This document shows, piece after piece, positions 6,522 through 15,289 of a stretch of DNA of 64,000 nt. The first letter of the stretch is position 1, and every line of letters starts with the position of its first letter. Made by a program: the position numbers and the translations under genes. The DNA is taken from IMG/VR virus record IMGVR_UViG_3300033273_000313, positions 2,025 to 66,024 of that record; one strand, written 5' to 3'. Origin of the DNA: a virus. Its lineage: Duplodnaviria; Caudoviricetes. A model generated the notes under the pieces. That model worked only from the letters and a program-made list of their open reading frames with translations, searched no databases and was not told the origin of the DNA.

Positions 6522-8233
6522 ACTCCAGTCTGCTTCAGTCTGTTGCTAACATAGTCAGATGACTTCTTGTAGAGCGATGCTTTCCTGAAGTCATCTACTA
6601 GTCTTCTTAAATATTCAGGTTTGAGAATATAGATCTCACGCTTCTTCTCATTTTCATAGGATTCATACTCAAAAATAGTAACAGGTCTCGCTAGGTCAGA
6701 ACCAGTAGCAGTTTCAATCATACCGTTGTTATTATATCTGAAACCATTCTTGGTAACTCTATACCATGTGCCATCTTGACGTGTCCATCTGACACCTTCG
6801 ACAACAAAGTTATCAGGATCAATCTCAACGTAATCAATACTAGTTCCTACTGTATAGGTTTGGGAGAATTGATATTGAAGTTCTTGAACAGCGTACTGGT
6901 CAAAAATTTCTCCACTATTTTCTGGTTGAAATAGTCTGAACCTAGTTGTTTCTGTCTTTGCTTCTTCTGGAACTGGAATGATGAACTCATAAGGAACATC
7001 AGAATACTGACCAAACTGTACACCAGATGGTGTCTCTCTCGTACTAACTGAGAAGAGGAAGAGGTCTGGTAGATATTCTTTTTGATTCTCACTTTGTTCG
7101 GGACCATTGTAATAGAATCCATTACCAATGTCTTCGTTCCTGATCCACAAATCAACTGTGGTGCTAGGTATGTCTCTACCACGGTCAACGATATCTATGT
7201 TAGTTATCGTTCCATCAGCAGCTACAGTAACATCAACTCTTGCTGTAGTTTCGATCTCTGCTTCACCATTACCAACATAGAGAGAGACGTTTTCATACAA
7301 ACCCTCTGGTCTACCAGGACCACCGAAACCTAGTTCAGCCTGTGGTGTACCATCAAACTCAAAATACTGAACCATACCTAGAGGAATGATGATATCAATG
7401 TCTTCCCAAGGATCAGTTTCATTGATTCTGTATTGTAGTTTCAAGATTTCATTTGCTAGTTCTGCTTCTTCGCCACCGTTGATATCATTACCAAACTTTC
7501 CTTTGAATACAAAGTTGTCTAGGTGTGTAGCATCTAGTTGATAGAACTCAGCAAATCTTTCTCCAACACCCCTGAATCTTAGGTAACCGTTGGATCTAAC
7601 ACCATTTCTTATTGGAGCATACAAAATAAATCCACCGTCTTCACCTTGACCATCACCATATGTCTGGAAGGTAGCATTCTGTGAGTCAACAACGAATGAG
7701 TTATCAAATCCAGTGGAAGAGAAGACGTAGTTGTTTTCGTAGGTTACAAATTTTTGTTCAGAACTTAGGTCAGGGAATGTGTCAGCAACTTTAGTCTCTG
7801 TACCATTGAAGAACTCTTCGTCAACCCATGTGCCAGGTGGCATCAGCACCTTACCAAATGCTGCTACCTGTTCTTCTTCACTTTTGATTTCATAGTGGTG
7901 GATGCCATAGTAGGGGTCATCATACTGACCTTCGACATGCTTTCTTAGTTCTGCCTCAGACATGGGTAGATCAAAGGTAGTATTGACCATGTTGTTAGTC
8001 AATACAATGACCCAATCATATGTCGCCCTGCCATAGACTGCCTCAGATATCTGGTCAAGTCTTTGACCATCTTGGAGAGCATACTTATTGAAGTATACTG
8101 CTTGACTAAAAGCAGTTTCACTTATGTTGTAGCGTCTGAAAAAATTCTTTGCTACAACATAGTCCGACTCAGAAAAAGGATAACTGATCGGCTTGACATC
8201 ATACTTGATGGATGGTAAGAAATTAAAATACAT
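6518..8233 (-). CDS. gp53: baseplate wedge protein gp53 with a large internal insertion
   Basis: N-terminal MYFNFLP..., LysM-like RLDQISEAVYG..YDWVIVLTNN, IHHYE; C-terminal YEYESYENEKKREIYILKPEY; 571 aa, much longer than typical. Confidence 0.88.
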   Translation of the reverse strand: MYFNFLPSIKYDVKPISYPFSESDYVVAKNFFRRYNISETAFSQAVYFNKYALQDGQRLDQISEAVYGRATYDWVIVLTNNMVNTTFDLPMSEAELRKHVEGQYDDPYYGIHHYEIKSEEEQVAAFGKVLMPPGTWVDEEFFNGTETKVADTFPDLSSEQKFVTYENNYVFSSTGFDNSFVVDSQNATFQTYGDGQGEDGGFILYAPIRNGVRSNGYLRFRGVGERFAEFYQLDATHLDNFVFKGKFGNDINGGEEAELANEILKLQYRINETDPWEDIDIIIPLGMVQYFEFDGTPQAELGFGGPGRPEGLYENVSLYVGNGEAEIETTARVDVTVAADGTITNIDIVDRGRDIPSTTVDLWIRNEDIGNGFYYNGPEQSENQKEYLPDLFLFSVSTRETPSGVQFGQYSDVPYEFIIPVPEEAKTETTRFRLFQPENSGEIFDQYAVQELQYQFSQTYTVGTSIDYVEIDPDNFVVEGVRWTRQDGTWYRVTKNGFRYNNNGMIETATGSDLARPVTIFEYESYENEKKREIYILKPEYLRRLVDDFRKASLYKKSSDYVSNRLKQTGV

Positions 8234-9243
8234 CAGTAAGATGCTCCCTCGATATTGATTTCATTAGAGTAGACAAGTTTTGTCTCGGAGAACTGTAGTG
8301 ATAGTTCTACAGCAACTGGTCTGCCATCAGTAAATGTATTGTATGATCCATCTGGAGTGTAGTTGATGTCAACTCCAGTGATAGCACAGACTTTATACTG
8401 TGGTAGGTGATCATGTATATTAGGTCCTTTCATAAACTGAACGTTTACCAACCCTGGAACACCAATGTAGTTTGTGTTTGATGTTTTATCAGCACCAATA
8501 GTCTTCTCTTTGAGTGCCTTACCGAGAGCACCTAGATCAGCAATTCCTCCTGGATCAGGACCAAAAGATGGTAGTGCCACTTTCTTGAAGGTGCCAATGA
8601 TCTTACCGATTTCTATTGCTTCAGTTTCATTACGAGCAGACATCTTAAACTTCAAACCAAATGATCTCAACTTAAATCCCTGGAACATAAGTTCTGTGTT
8701 AGGATTCAAGACAACACCAAGAGAACCCTGGAGTACATCATTAGTAGTTACATTGTCATTACCCAGAGCATTGATGCCAGTAGCAATACCCTGAGCAACA
8801 GCTGTAGGAGCAGCACTAGCAGCAGTAGATAGACTGTTCACGAAAGAAGTGATGACTGCTCCAGCATCACCTGCTGCAGCATTGCCACCAGTTCTCAAAG
8901 CATTCATGCCAATGTTACTGAAACCTTTACCAGTCCAGTCTGTTTGATATCCTGTTGAGATATCTTCAGGCATGTACATAACAATACGAGACGGATTTAG
9001 ACCAGGATATCTAGTGTATTGTTTTCCGTTAGTCTGATTATATGTTTGGAGTTGGGGAGTGACACCATCGATATTAGTGGTGCCACCCCCACCATCACCA
9101 GAGAAAGGACCCTTGTACTTGTAGAAATCAAACATCACATAGTCAGTGTAGTTATCAAACAAATTACTAGGGTACGCTAGGCGTGCGCTGGTACTTGATG
9201 AAGCTTGACTACCTGTATTAATAAAATTAAGTGACTCTGCCAT
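8233..9243 (-). CDS. gp48: baseplate tail-tube cap gp48
   Basis: YMPEDIS, NPNTELMFQGFKLRSF.F, C.IT.VDINYTPDG, L.FSE; T4-like synteny. Confidence 0.85.
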   Translation of the reverse strand: MAESLNFINTGSQASSSTSARLAYPSNLFDNYTDYVMFDFYKYKGPFSGDGGGGTTNIDGVTPQLQTYNQTNGKQYTRYPGLNPSRIVMYMPEDISTGYQTDWTGKGFSNIGMNALRTGGNAAAGDAGAVITSFVNSLSTAASAAPTAVAQGIATGINALGNDNVTTNDVLQGSLGVVLNPNTELMFQGFKLRSFGLKFKMSARNETEAIEIGKIIGTFKKVALPSFGPDPGGIADLGALGKALKEKTIGADKTSNTNYIGVPGLVNVQFMKGPNIHDHLPQYKVCAITGVDINYTPDGSYNTFTDGRPVAVELSLQFSETKLVYSNEINIEGASY

Positions 9244-9932
9244 TACCTTACCATATCCTTACTTGATTTCTTAGCATACCCCTCGATGACTCGTTGTGCT
9301 TTTATGTTATCGTAGAAAGAATCATTGGTCTCTTTCCATACATCCTCTTTAGGATAAGGGAAGACATGACCATTGACATCCTTAACAAAGTCCTCGGTTG
9401 GAAGCAGAATAGCTGTGTCCCATTCTGCTGAAGCGAGATCAAGATAGAATCCGTCTACATGAGAGTGCAAGTATTTATGGAAGCACTTCTTGGGAAACTC
9501 GATACGATTATACTTTAGTAGTTTGTTGACTGCCATGATCCTACGCTTGATAGGTAGGTAGTGTAGGTTGGCACCAAAAAATTCATTTTTATTTGACTTG
9601 ATCACATAGACAAGAGGGAATCTATCGTAGTAAGGTAACCATCTCATCTTAGCTTTGTACTCAAACATGTACAGGTGACCAGCAACTACATAACGACGGA
9701 CCATGTTCTGGTCCTGTTCATTCTTAGCACCTGTACTATCTCTACGTTCTGCTGAGATGTAGCGTGTGTTGTCTGTACCATATACTTTGGACTCAGACTT
9801 TACAGCAGCACGATACCAGGAGAGAGGTTTCTTTTCTCCTTCTGTTTTCTTAGTTATCTTTTCAAACAAAGTTTCGTAACCAGTGTCATCTGTCTGCTGA
9901 TTACGTTGGATGGACTTGAATCCAGTTGCCAT
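9243..9932 (-). CDS. gp2: DNA end protector protein gp2
   Basis: LYMFEYKAK..LPYYDRFPLV, GANLHYL. Confidence 0.88.
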   Translation of the reverse strand: MATGFKSIQRNQQTDDTGYETLFEKITKKTEGEKKPLSWYRAAVKSESKVYGTDNTRYISAERRDSTGAKNEQDQNMVRRYVVAGHLYMFEYKAKMRWLPYYDRFPLVYVIKSNKNEFFGANLHYLPIKRRIMAVNKLLKYNRIEFPKKCFHKYLHSHVDGFYLDLASAEWDTAILLPTEDFVKDVNGHVFPYPKEDVWKETNDSFYDNIKAQRVIEGYAKKSSKDMVR

Positions 9933-9933
9933 T

Positions 9934-10371
9934 TTAGACTCCTAGGTGATCTTCGGTGAGGATTAAAAATTTCATCTGCCTGTCCTCACAGAAGTCCTCT
10001 GCCGCCTCCCACTTAGCGCGGTTCTTGGCGTAGGTTAGGACTTCCCTCTTCCAAGAGGCAGTCTTCTTTTTAGGTTTATCATTCGGTGGTTTGGTTTGCT
10101 TCTTGGGTTTAACCTCAATGAGATACTTACTATACATTCCACTCTTCGATACTACTTTCATATAGAAGTCAGGATAGTATCTGTGTATCCTTCCATCAGT
10201 AGGACAGCGGTAAGGAATGATTACTTCCTCGCTACCCCACTCCACAATACTCTCATTATGATCACAGAAATACATAAACTTTCTCTCCCACAGCGAGCGA
10301 TAGATTATCCTGGTTGGATTACCCTTATACTTTTGTGGGTTGGTTGGTTTATAAACACCTGAATATGCCAT
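9934..10371 (-). CDS. gp4: head completion nuclease gp4
   Basis: YRSLWERKFM, WGSEE, HRYYPDF, IEVKP TnsA-like motif. Confidence 0.93.
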   Translation of the reverse strand: MAYSGVYKPTNPQKYKGNPTRIIYRSLWERKFMYFCDHNESIVEWGSEEVIIPYRCPTDGRIHRYYPDFYMKVVSKSGMYSKYLIEVKPKKQTKPPNDKPKKKTASWKREVLTYAKNRAKWEAAEDFCEDRQMKFLILTEDHLGV

Positions 10372-10406
10372 GATAAATATAGTTGGACCAACTATCCATA
10401 TTTAGC

Positions 10407-11177
10407 GTGTCACAACCAAAGGGACTAGCAAAGTTTGTAGATGTCATCGCCCAACAGGGTGGCATGTCATACAGTAATAACTTTGATGTAGTGTTTAACT
10501 TCGGCAACACTGCCCACGAATTAATTCGAGAGAGATTTAAGAAGATTGGTCTAGAGTTTGGACTGGGTACTAGTTCTGCTGACACGGATGAGAACTTAGA
10601 TGGTAGTCAAGCTGCCGACGTGCTGAAGATGTTCTGTGAAGAAGCACAACTTCCCAACGTACAGTCATCAACAGGTAACCTGACTGGTGTTAGACTAGGT
10701 GAAGGTCAGATAAACTATGCTACAGGTAAGTTGTACACTGACTTCCAACTAGGATGGATGTGTGATGCTAACATGACACCACTCAAGTTCCTCAACTCTT
10801 GGCAGAGTTTTATCTTCAATGAATATGATTCAAAAAACAATGATATTCTAGATGAGACAGGAAAGTATATCAGATCAGGTGCTTCGTTGTCTGAACTAAA
10901 GTCTGAAACAGGAACACTAGGATCTAGAGACAAGTCTATTCGTCTTCACTACCCTGATCAGTATCAGTGTAACATCACAATCACTAAAACAGAGAAAGGT
11001 AAGAGGGCTGCTAACAGTAGAGCATCGATGATGTACACACTGATTGATTGCTTCCCCTATGCTATTGATGCTGTCCCTCTATCCTATGGAGCATCACAGG
11101 TGACCAAGGTCACCGCTAACTTCTACTACAGTAAGTATAGTATACTGTATAATAATATTACCGATTTCGAAGGTTGA
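10407..11177 (+). CDS. tail tube-like / baseplate tail tube initiator (gp54/gp19 fold)
   Basis: CEEAQLP, W..FI, YPDQY, LIDCFPYAI..VPLSYG...KVTANFYY; divergent from gp4. Confidence 0.75.
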   Translation: MSQPKGLAKFVDVIAQQGGMSYSNNFDVVFNFGNTAHELIRERFKKIGLEFGLGTSSADTDENLDGSQAADVLKMFCEEAQLPNVQSSTGNLTGVRLGEGQINYATGKLYTDFQLGWMCDANMTPLKFLNSWQSFIFNEYDSKNNDILDETGKYIRSGASLSELKSETGTLGSRDKSIRLHYPDQYQCNITITKTEKGKRAANSRASMMYTLIDCFPYAIDAVPLSYGASQVTKVTANFYYSKYSILYNNITDFEG

Positions 11178-11230
11178 TTACCTGAATTCCCAAAAAAATT
11201 TCCCGCCATTTTTTACCTGAAAAAGTCGAT
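11178..11230. repeat. intergenic A/T-tract element, copy 1
   Basis: Core AAAAAAATTTCCCGCCATTTTTT identical to the copy at about 23937. Confidence 0.8.
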
Positions 11231-11261
11231 CTAAATAAATATACGATTTGAATTTATATTA

Positions 11262-11981
11262 ATGCCATTACCTACTCTATCGGTGCCAACCTATGAGTTG
11301 TCGCTACCCTCTACTGGAAAGAAAGTAAAGTACAGACCATTCCTAGTGAAAGAAGAGAAGGTATTGCTTCTCGCTATGGAATCAGAAGACGAGAAGGAAG
11401 TAGAAAGAGCAGTCAAACAAACTCTCTCTGCTTGTATTCAAACACGTGGTGTCAAGGTAGACAACCTAGCATCATTTGATCTAGAGTATCTGTTCCTCAA
11501 GATTAGATCTGTCTCTGCTGGTGAAGACATTAAGATGAGAGTCACCTGTCAAGATGATGGGGAGACTCAAGTCACTGTTGCTATTGACATCGAACAGATT
11601 GAAGTCAGCAAACCTGAGGGTCACACCAGAAAGATCATGCTCAATGATGACACTGGTCTGATGATGAAGTACCCTGGATTCAGACAGTTTGTAGACCTCA
11701 CTCTCCTCAATAAAGATTTGGATAGTACAGAAAGTATCTTGGGTCTAGTCGCTGATTGTATTGATCAAGTGTTTCAAGGTGAAGAGGTGTGGGACGCTAG
11801 TGATATGAAAAAGTCTGAGGTTGTTACCTTCCTAGAAGGTATGACACAACAACAGTTTGAATTGGTACAGAAGTTCTTTGAGACCATGCCAACACTGAAG
11901 CATGAGTTTAAAGTAACCAACCCCAACACAGGTGTTGAATCGACCTACACGTTGGAGGGCTTACAGTCTTTTTTCGGGTGA
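11262..11981 (+). CDS. gp26: baseplate hub subunit gp26
   Basis: MPLP...YELSLPSTGKKVKYRPFLVKEEK, FDLEYLFLKIR.VS.GE. Confidence 0.92.
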   Translation: MPLPTLSVPTYELSLPSTGKKVKYRPFLVKEEKVLLLAMESEDEKEVERAVKQTLSACIQTRGVKVDNLASFDLEYLFLKIRSVSAGEDIKMRVTCQDDGETQVTVAIDIEQIEVSKPEGHTRKIMLNDDTGLMMKYPGFRQFVDLTLLNKDLDSTESILGLVADCIDQVFQGEEVWDASDMKKSEVVTFLEGMTQQQFELVQKFFETMPTLKHEFKVTNPNTGVESTYTLEGLQSFFG

Positions 11982-12160
11982 GCATGTTTTATAATACTCT
12001 AGAGAACTATTATAAAACAAACTTCTCCCTCATGCAGCACCATAAATATTCATTGACAGAGATTGAAAACATGATGCCATGGGAGAGGACAGTGTACATT
12101 TCCCTGCTGAATCAATACATTAAAGAACAAGAGGAAGCTAGGAAAGCAGCACAGAGATGA
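11978..12160 (+). CDS. gp51: baseplate hub assembly catalyst gp51-like
   Basis: YYKTNFSLMQHHKYSLTEIENMMPWER signature. Confidence 0.88.
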   Translation: MSMFYNTLENYYKTNFSLMQHHKYSLTEIENMMPWERTVYISLLNQYIKEQEEARKAAQR

Positions 12161-15100
12161 GTCTCCCCACTCCACCATCAGGAATACTAGATAAGGATCG
12201 TCCATGGTGGCGTGGGAAGATTAGTGATGCTCAGTGGGACAGACTCAAAGCAAAACTAACTGGCGGCACTGACGCTGGTGGTACATCGTACTCTAAATTT
12301 ATTGATTGCTCTGTTGCTGAAGCAGACAAAATTATTTCTAACTTGAAGAAGGATCCCCGAGGGTATCCTCAGATGCACATGCCTGGTGGGGGTGAGTCCT
12401 ACCAGATCATGATTGATTACTTTCAGTGGTTGAAAGATAGTTACTTAAGTGATGAACCAAAGGAAGTAGAAGAGATTCCTATTGAGTTAGAGGTTGTAGA
12501 GGTAGAGCAGAAGACGGTTGATGAACCAATCGTTGTTAAGATTGAGGCTCCCTTTGAACCTACACCAACACAACCACTATCAGCACCAAAAACATTAAGA
12601 CTACCACGTAGAAGTGGTGTTATCTTCCGCCAACCAGCACGTAAGAAAAAGTCTGCCGCCGAAAGGATGGCAGAAGCATTTGATGCTAGACTAGATGATC
12701 TCGTAGAATCAATTAAGAATCCACCTCAAGCGGCGGAACCAAAGCAGAGGAAGCAGAAAGAAACTCTTGTTAAGATTAGAAAGAGTCTAAAACCTGCTAA
12801 ATTTGCTGACAAAAAAGGTACAAAGGGACCAAATTTTTTCCAGAACAGTAGTCTATTCACCTTTAACAAGGTCAAGGATGCTCTCGGTCGTGCTGCTCAA
12901 CTCAGACGAGAAGCAGCAGCTCAAGGTATGCCTGCCCAGGAGAAAGGATTCTATGCTACAAGAGCACTAGGTCTTGAGTTTGGTGGCGATGCTATTGCTA
13001 GAACGAGAGGAATATTCTCGTCTAGTCCTGATGCTACACTAGATCCATCACTCACAAAGCAACAGAGATATGCTGCTGGTATCTTTGGTGCTAGAACTAT
13101 TCGTCCACCGAAAGAGAGTGGTGTTGCCAAGGATATTGATAGACAGGTAGGTGAACTAGAAAAGAAACTTGACGCTGTAATCGACACGAAGAAGATTACA
13201 CCAGAGTCTGCTGACTTACAGAAAGTATTAGAAGAACTTAGAAAGAAACTATCAGAAGGTAATAAACTACAGGGTGATATTAATGCTTCCAAGAAGAAGT
13301 TATTATCACTAGAAGCAAAGGCAGCAGATCAAGCACAAGCAGATGCTGAAGAAGCAGAGACTGATGAAAACAAAGAGATCCACAAATTTAAGAAAGCAAT
13401 AGGTGGTGAGAAAAAGGGTAGTGATGAAGGTGAAGATGATGGTGGCGGTCTTGACATTGGCGACATGTTCGACAAGTTCAGGAAGAGTAAGTGGTTGAAA
13501 AGACTGAGGAATCCAAAGAGATTTGCTAGGACATTGTTCCGTTACGGTAGAAGATTCTTATGGAAACCAATGAAAGCGGCGGCAACTAAAGTTGCTGGTA
13601 TGTTTTCTGGTGCTGCTGCTACCAGTGCTGCTATCGTAGGTGGTGCTGGTCTTGCTGCTTCTGCTATTGGTGAGGGATTCTTCCAACTCACTAAGAAAGG
13701 TGGTGCTGGTGAGCAAGCTAGAGATTACCTGAAGAAGAAAGGTGAAGAGATAGGAGGACCGATGGGTGCTCTCATTGGTGGCATGGGAAATCTAGCGGGG
13801 ATATCTAACGAGGCAACCAAAGTAACAGGTAACATCCTTGATGTTGTTGGTGCTCCATTTAGATATGCTATTGAAGGTATTCGTTATCCATTCTTGAACG
13901 AAGAGGATAGAGAAAAGCAAGCAGCAAACCTCGCCAAGTTTGACGCTAGAATTAGAGAGAACATTCGTGGTGGACTAAACCGTATCGATGTCATGAACGT
14001 TGTTCCTGATGAGAAGGGTGGGTTTGGTAACATCTATGGTAATGATGAAGCCCAGAAAGAAATGATGGAGAAGATGTCTGAGGGTGGAACCATTCCTAAG
14101 TTCCAAGCAGTTGGTGGTGCTAGGTTGACAGGTGATCTACCTACTGCTGGTCCTAAGGTCATGGCAGCTGAAGCAGGTGAAGAGATGGTCATCACACCAG
14201 AGAACAACCCACTCCAGTCTCTTGCTCCAATGATCGTAGCAATGAGAGAGGTGACTAAGCGTGCTGGTACATGGGCAGACCCTGTAGAGAACATGGTACG
14301 CCAGGTTACAGATCCTATCGCTAAGAAGATTGGTCTACCTACACTACCAACTGACATTCAGATCGGTCAGAACATTCCTTCTGGTGATCAAGGTGAACAG
14401 AAAGAACAGAAGAAGATAAAGAGAGGTGGACTGCTTGGTAAATTGATGGACTTCATTACGGGAGCAGGTCCAGCATCAGCAGCAGAGATCCCATTCTCTG
14501 GTGAAGTAAACATGGGAGGTGGTGCTGGTACTACCACTGCTGGCGCTGTCTACAACTATCTACTATCTAAGGGACTAAGTGAGAACCATGCTAAGGGTAT
14601 CACTGCTAACATCAGTAGAGAGTCTGGATTCAAACTAGGAGCACACAATCCTAATGATCCTGGTGCTGGTTCGTTTGGATTGTTCCAGTGGAATGGTGGT
14701 AGAGCACAGAAGATGTTCAAAGCAGTTCCTGACTGGCAGAACAACTGGAAAGGACAGATTGACTATGCTCTCGGTGAAGATCATGGTCCTAGATATCTTG
14801 CTACTCAATTTGGATCTGCTGGAGAAGCAGCGTATGATTGGATGAAGTATTGGGAGAGACCAGCGGAATATGTACAAGCAAAGTATACTCCTGCTGCTTA
14901 TGAGGGTATGATTAATAAGATGGGACTCCATCGTGGTATGCCTGTTGCTCCACTAACAGCAGCTGCTAATCCACCAGCAACACCATCGACCCCAGCGTCG
15001 TCGTCTTCAGGCAACAGACAGGTGGGACGTAGTGCTGCCAAGAGAAGACAAGAAGCAGCAGCATCAGCGGCAGCAGCACAACCACCAGTAGCACCTGTTA

Positions 15101-15261
15101 CTCCTCAACCTCCCGCTTCTACCAGCACTGTAGTTATGCCACTACTCCAACAGCGACAGTCACAACAGAGTGGCGCTGCTGTACAACCAATACCCATGAC
15201 ATCTGATGGTAAGATTGACTTTATGGAGATGGCAAGAAGACAACGCCTGGCAGCGTCCTAA
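12157..15261 (+). CDS. tape-measure-like tail protein with a C-terminal phage tail lysozyme (lytic transglycosylase-like) domain
   Basis: Coiled-coil and Ala/Gly-rich body; GITANISRESGF...GLFQW..GR...GQIDYAL.E...YWERP. Confidence 0.78.
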   Translation: MSLPTPPSGILDKDRPWWRGKISDAQWDRLKAKLTGGTDAGGTSYSKFIDCSVAEADKIISNLKKDPRGYPQMHMPGGGESYQIMIDYFQWLKDSYLSDEPKEVEEIPIELEVVEVEQKTVDEPIVVKIEAPFEPTPTQPLSAPKTLRLPRRSGVIFRQPARKKKSAAERMAEAFDARLDDLVESIKNPPQAAEPKQRKQKETLVKIRKSLKPAKFADKKGTKGPNFFQNSSLFTFNKVKDALGRAAQLRREAAAQGMPAQEKGFYATRALGLEFGGDAIARTRGIFSSSPDATLDPSLTKQQRYAAGIFGARTIRPPKESGVAKDIDRQVGELEKKLDAVIDTKKITPESADLQKVLEELRKKLSEGNKLQGDINASKKKLLSLEAKAADQAQADAEEAETDENKEIHKFKKAIGGEKKGSDEGEDDGGGLDIGDMFDKFRKSKWLKRLRNPKRFARTLFRYGRRFLWKPMKAAATKVAGMFSGAAATSAAIVGGAGLAASAIGEGFFQLTKKGGAGEQARDYLKKKGEEIGGPMGALIGGMGNLAGISNEATKVTGNILDVVGAPFRYAIEGIRYPFLNEEDREKQAANLAKFDARIRENIRGGLNRIDVMNVVPDEKGGFGNIYGNDEAQKEMMEKMSEGGTIPKFQAVGGARLTGDLPTAGPKVMAAEAGEEMVITPENNPLQSLAPMIVAMREVTKRAGTWADPVENMVRQVTDPIAKKIGLPTLPTDIQIGQNIPSGDQGEQKEQKKIKRGGLLGKLMDFITGAGPASAAEIPFSGEVNMGGGAGTTTAGAVYNYLLSKGLSENHAKGITANISRESGFKLGAHNPNDPGAGSFGLFQWNGGRAQKMFKAVPDWQNNWKGQIDYALGEDHGPRYLATQFGSAGEAAYDWMKYWERPAEYVQAKYTPAAYEGMINKMGLHRGMPVAPLTAAANPPATPSTPASSSSGNRQVGRSAAKRRQEAAASAAAAQPPVAPVTPQPPASTSTVVMPLLQQRQSQQSGAAVQPIPMTSDGKIDFMEMARRQRLAAS

Positions 15262-15289
15262 ATAAGTATGACACCACTGACTTCCTAGT

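Noticed and set aside
6518-8233. Intein or intron as the cause of the long gp53
   Set aside because: No intein splice-junction (C/S...HN) or LAGLIDADG motifs and the frame is continuous; the insert looks like a beta-sandwich domain.
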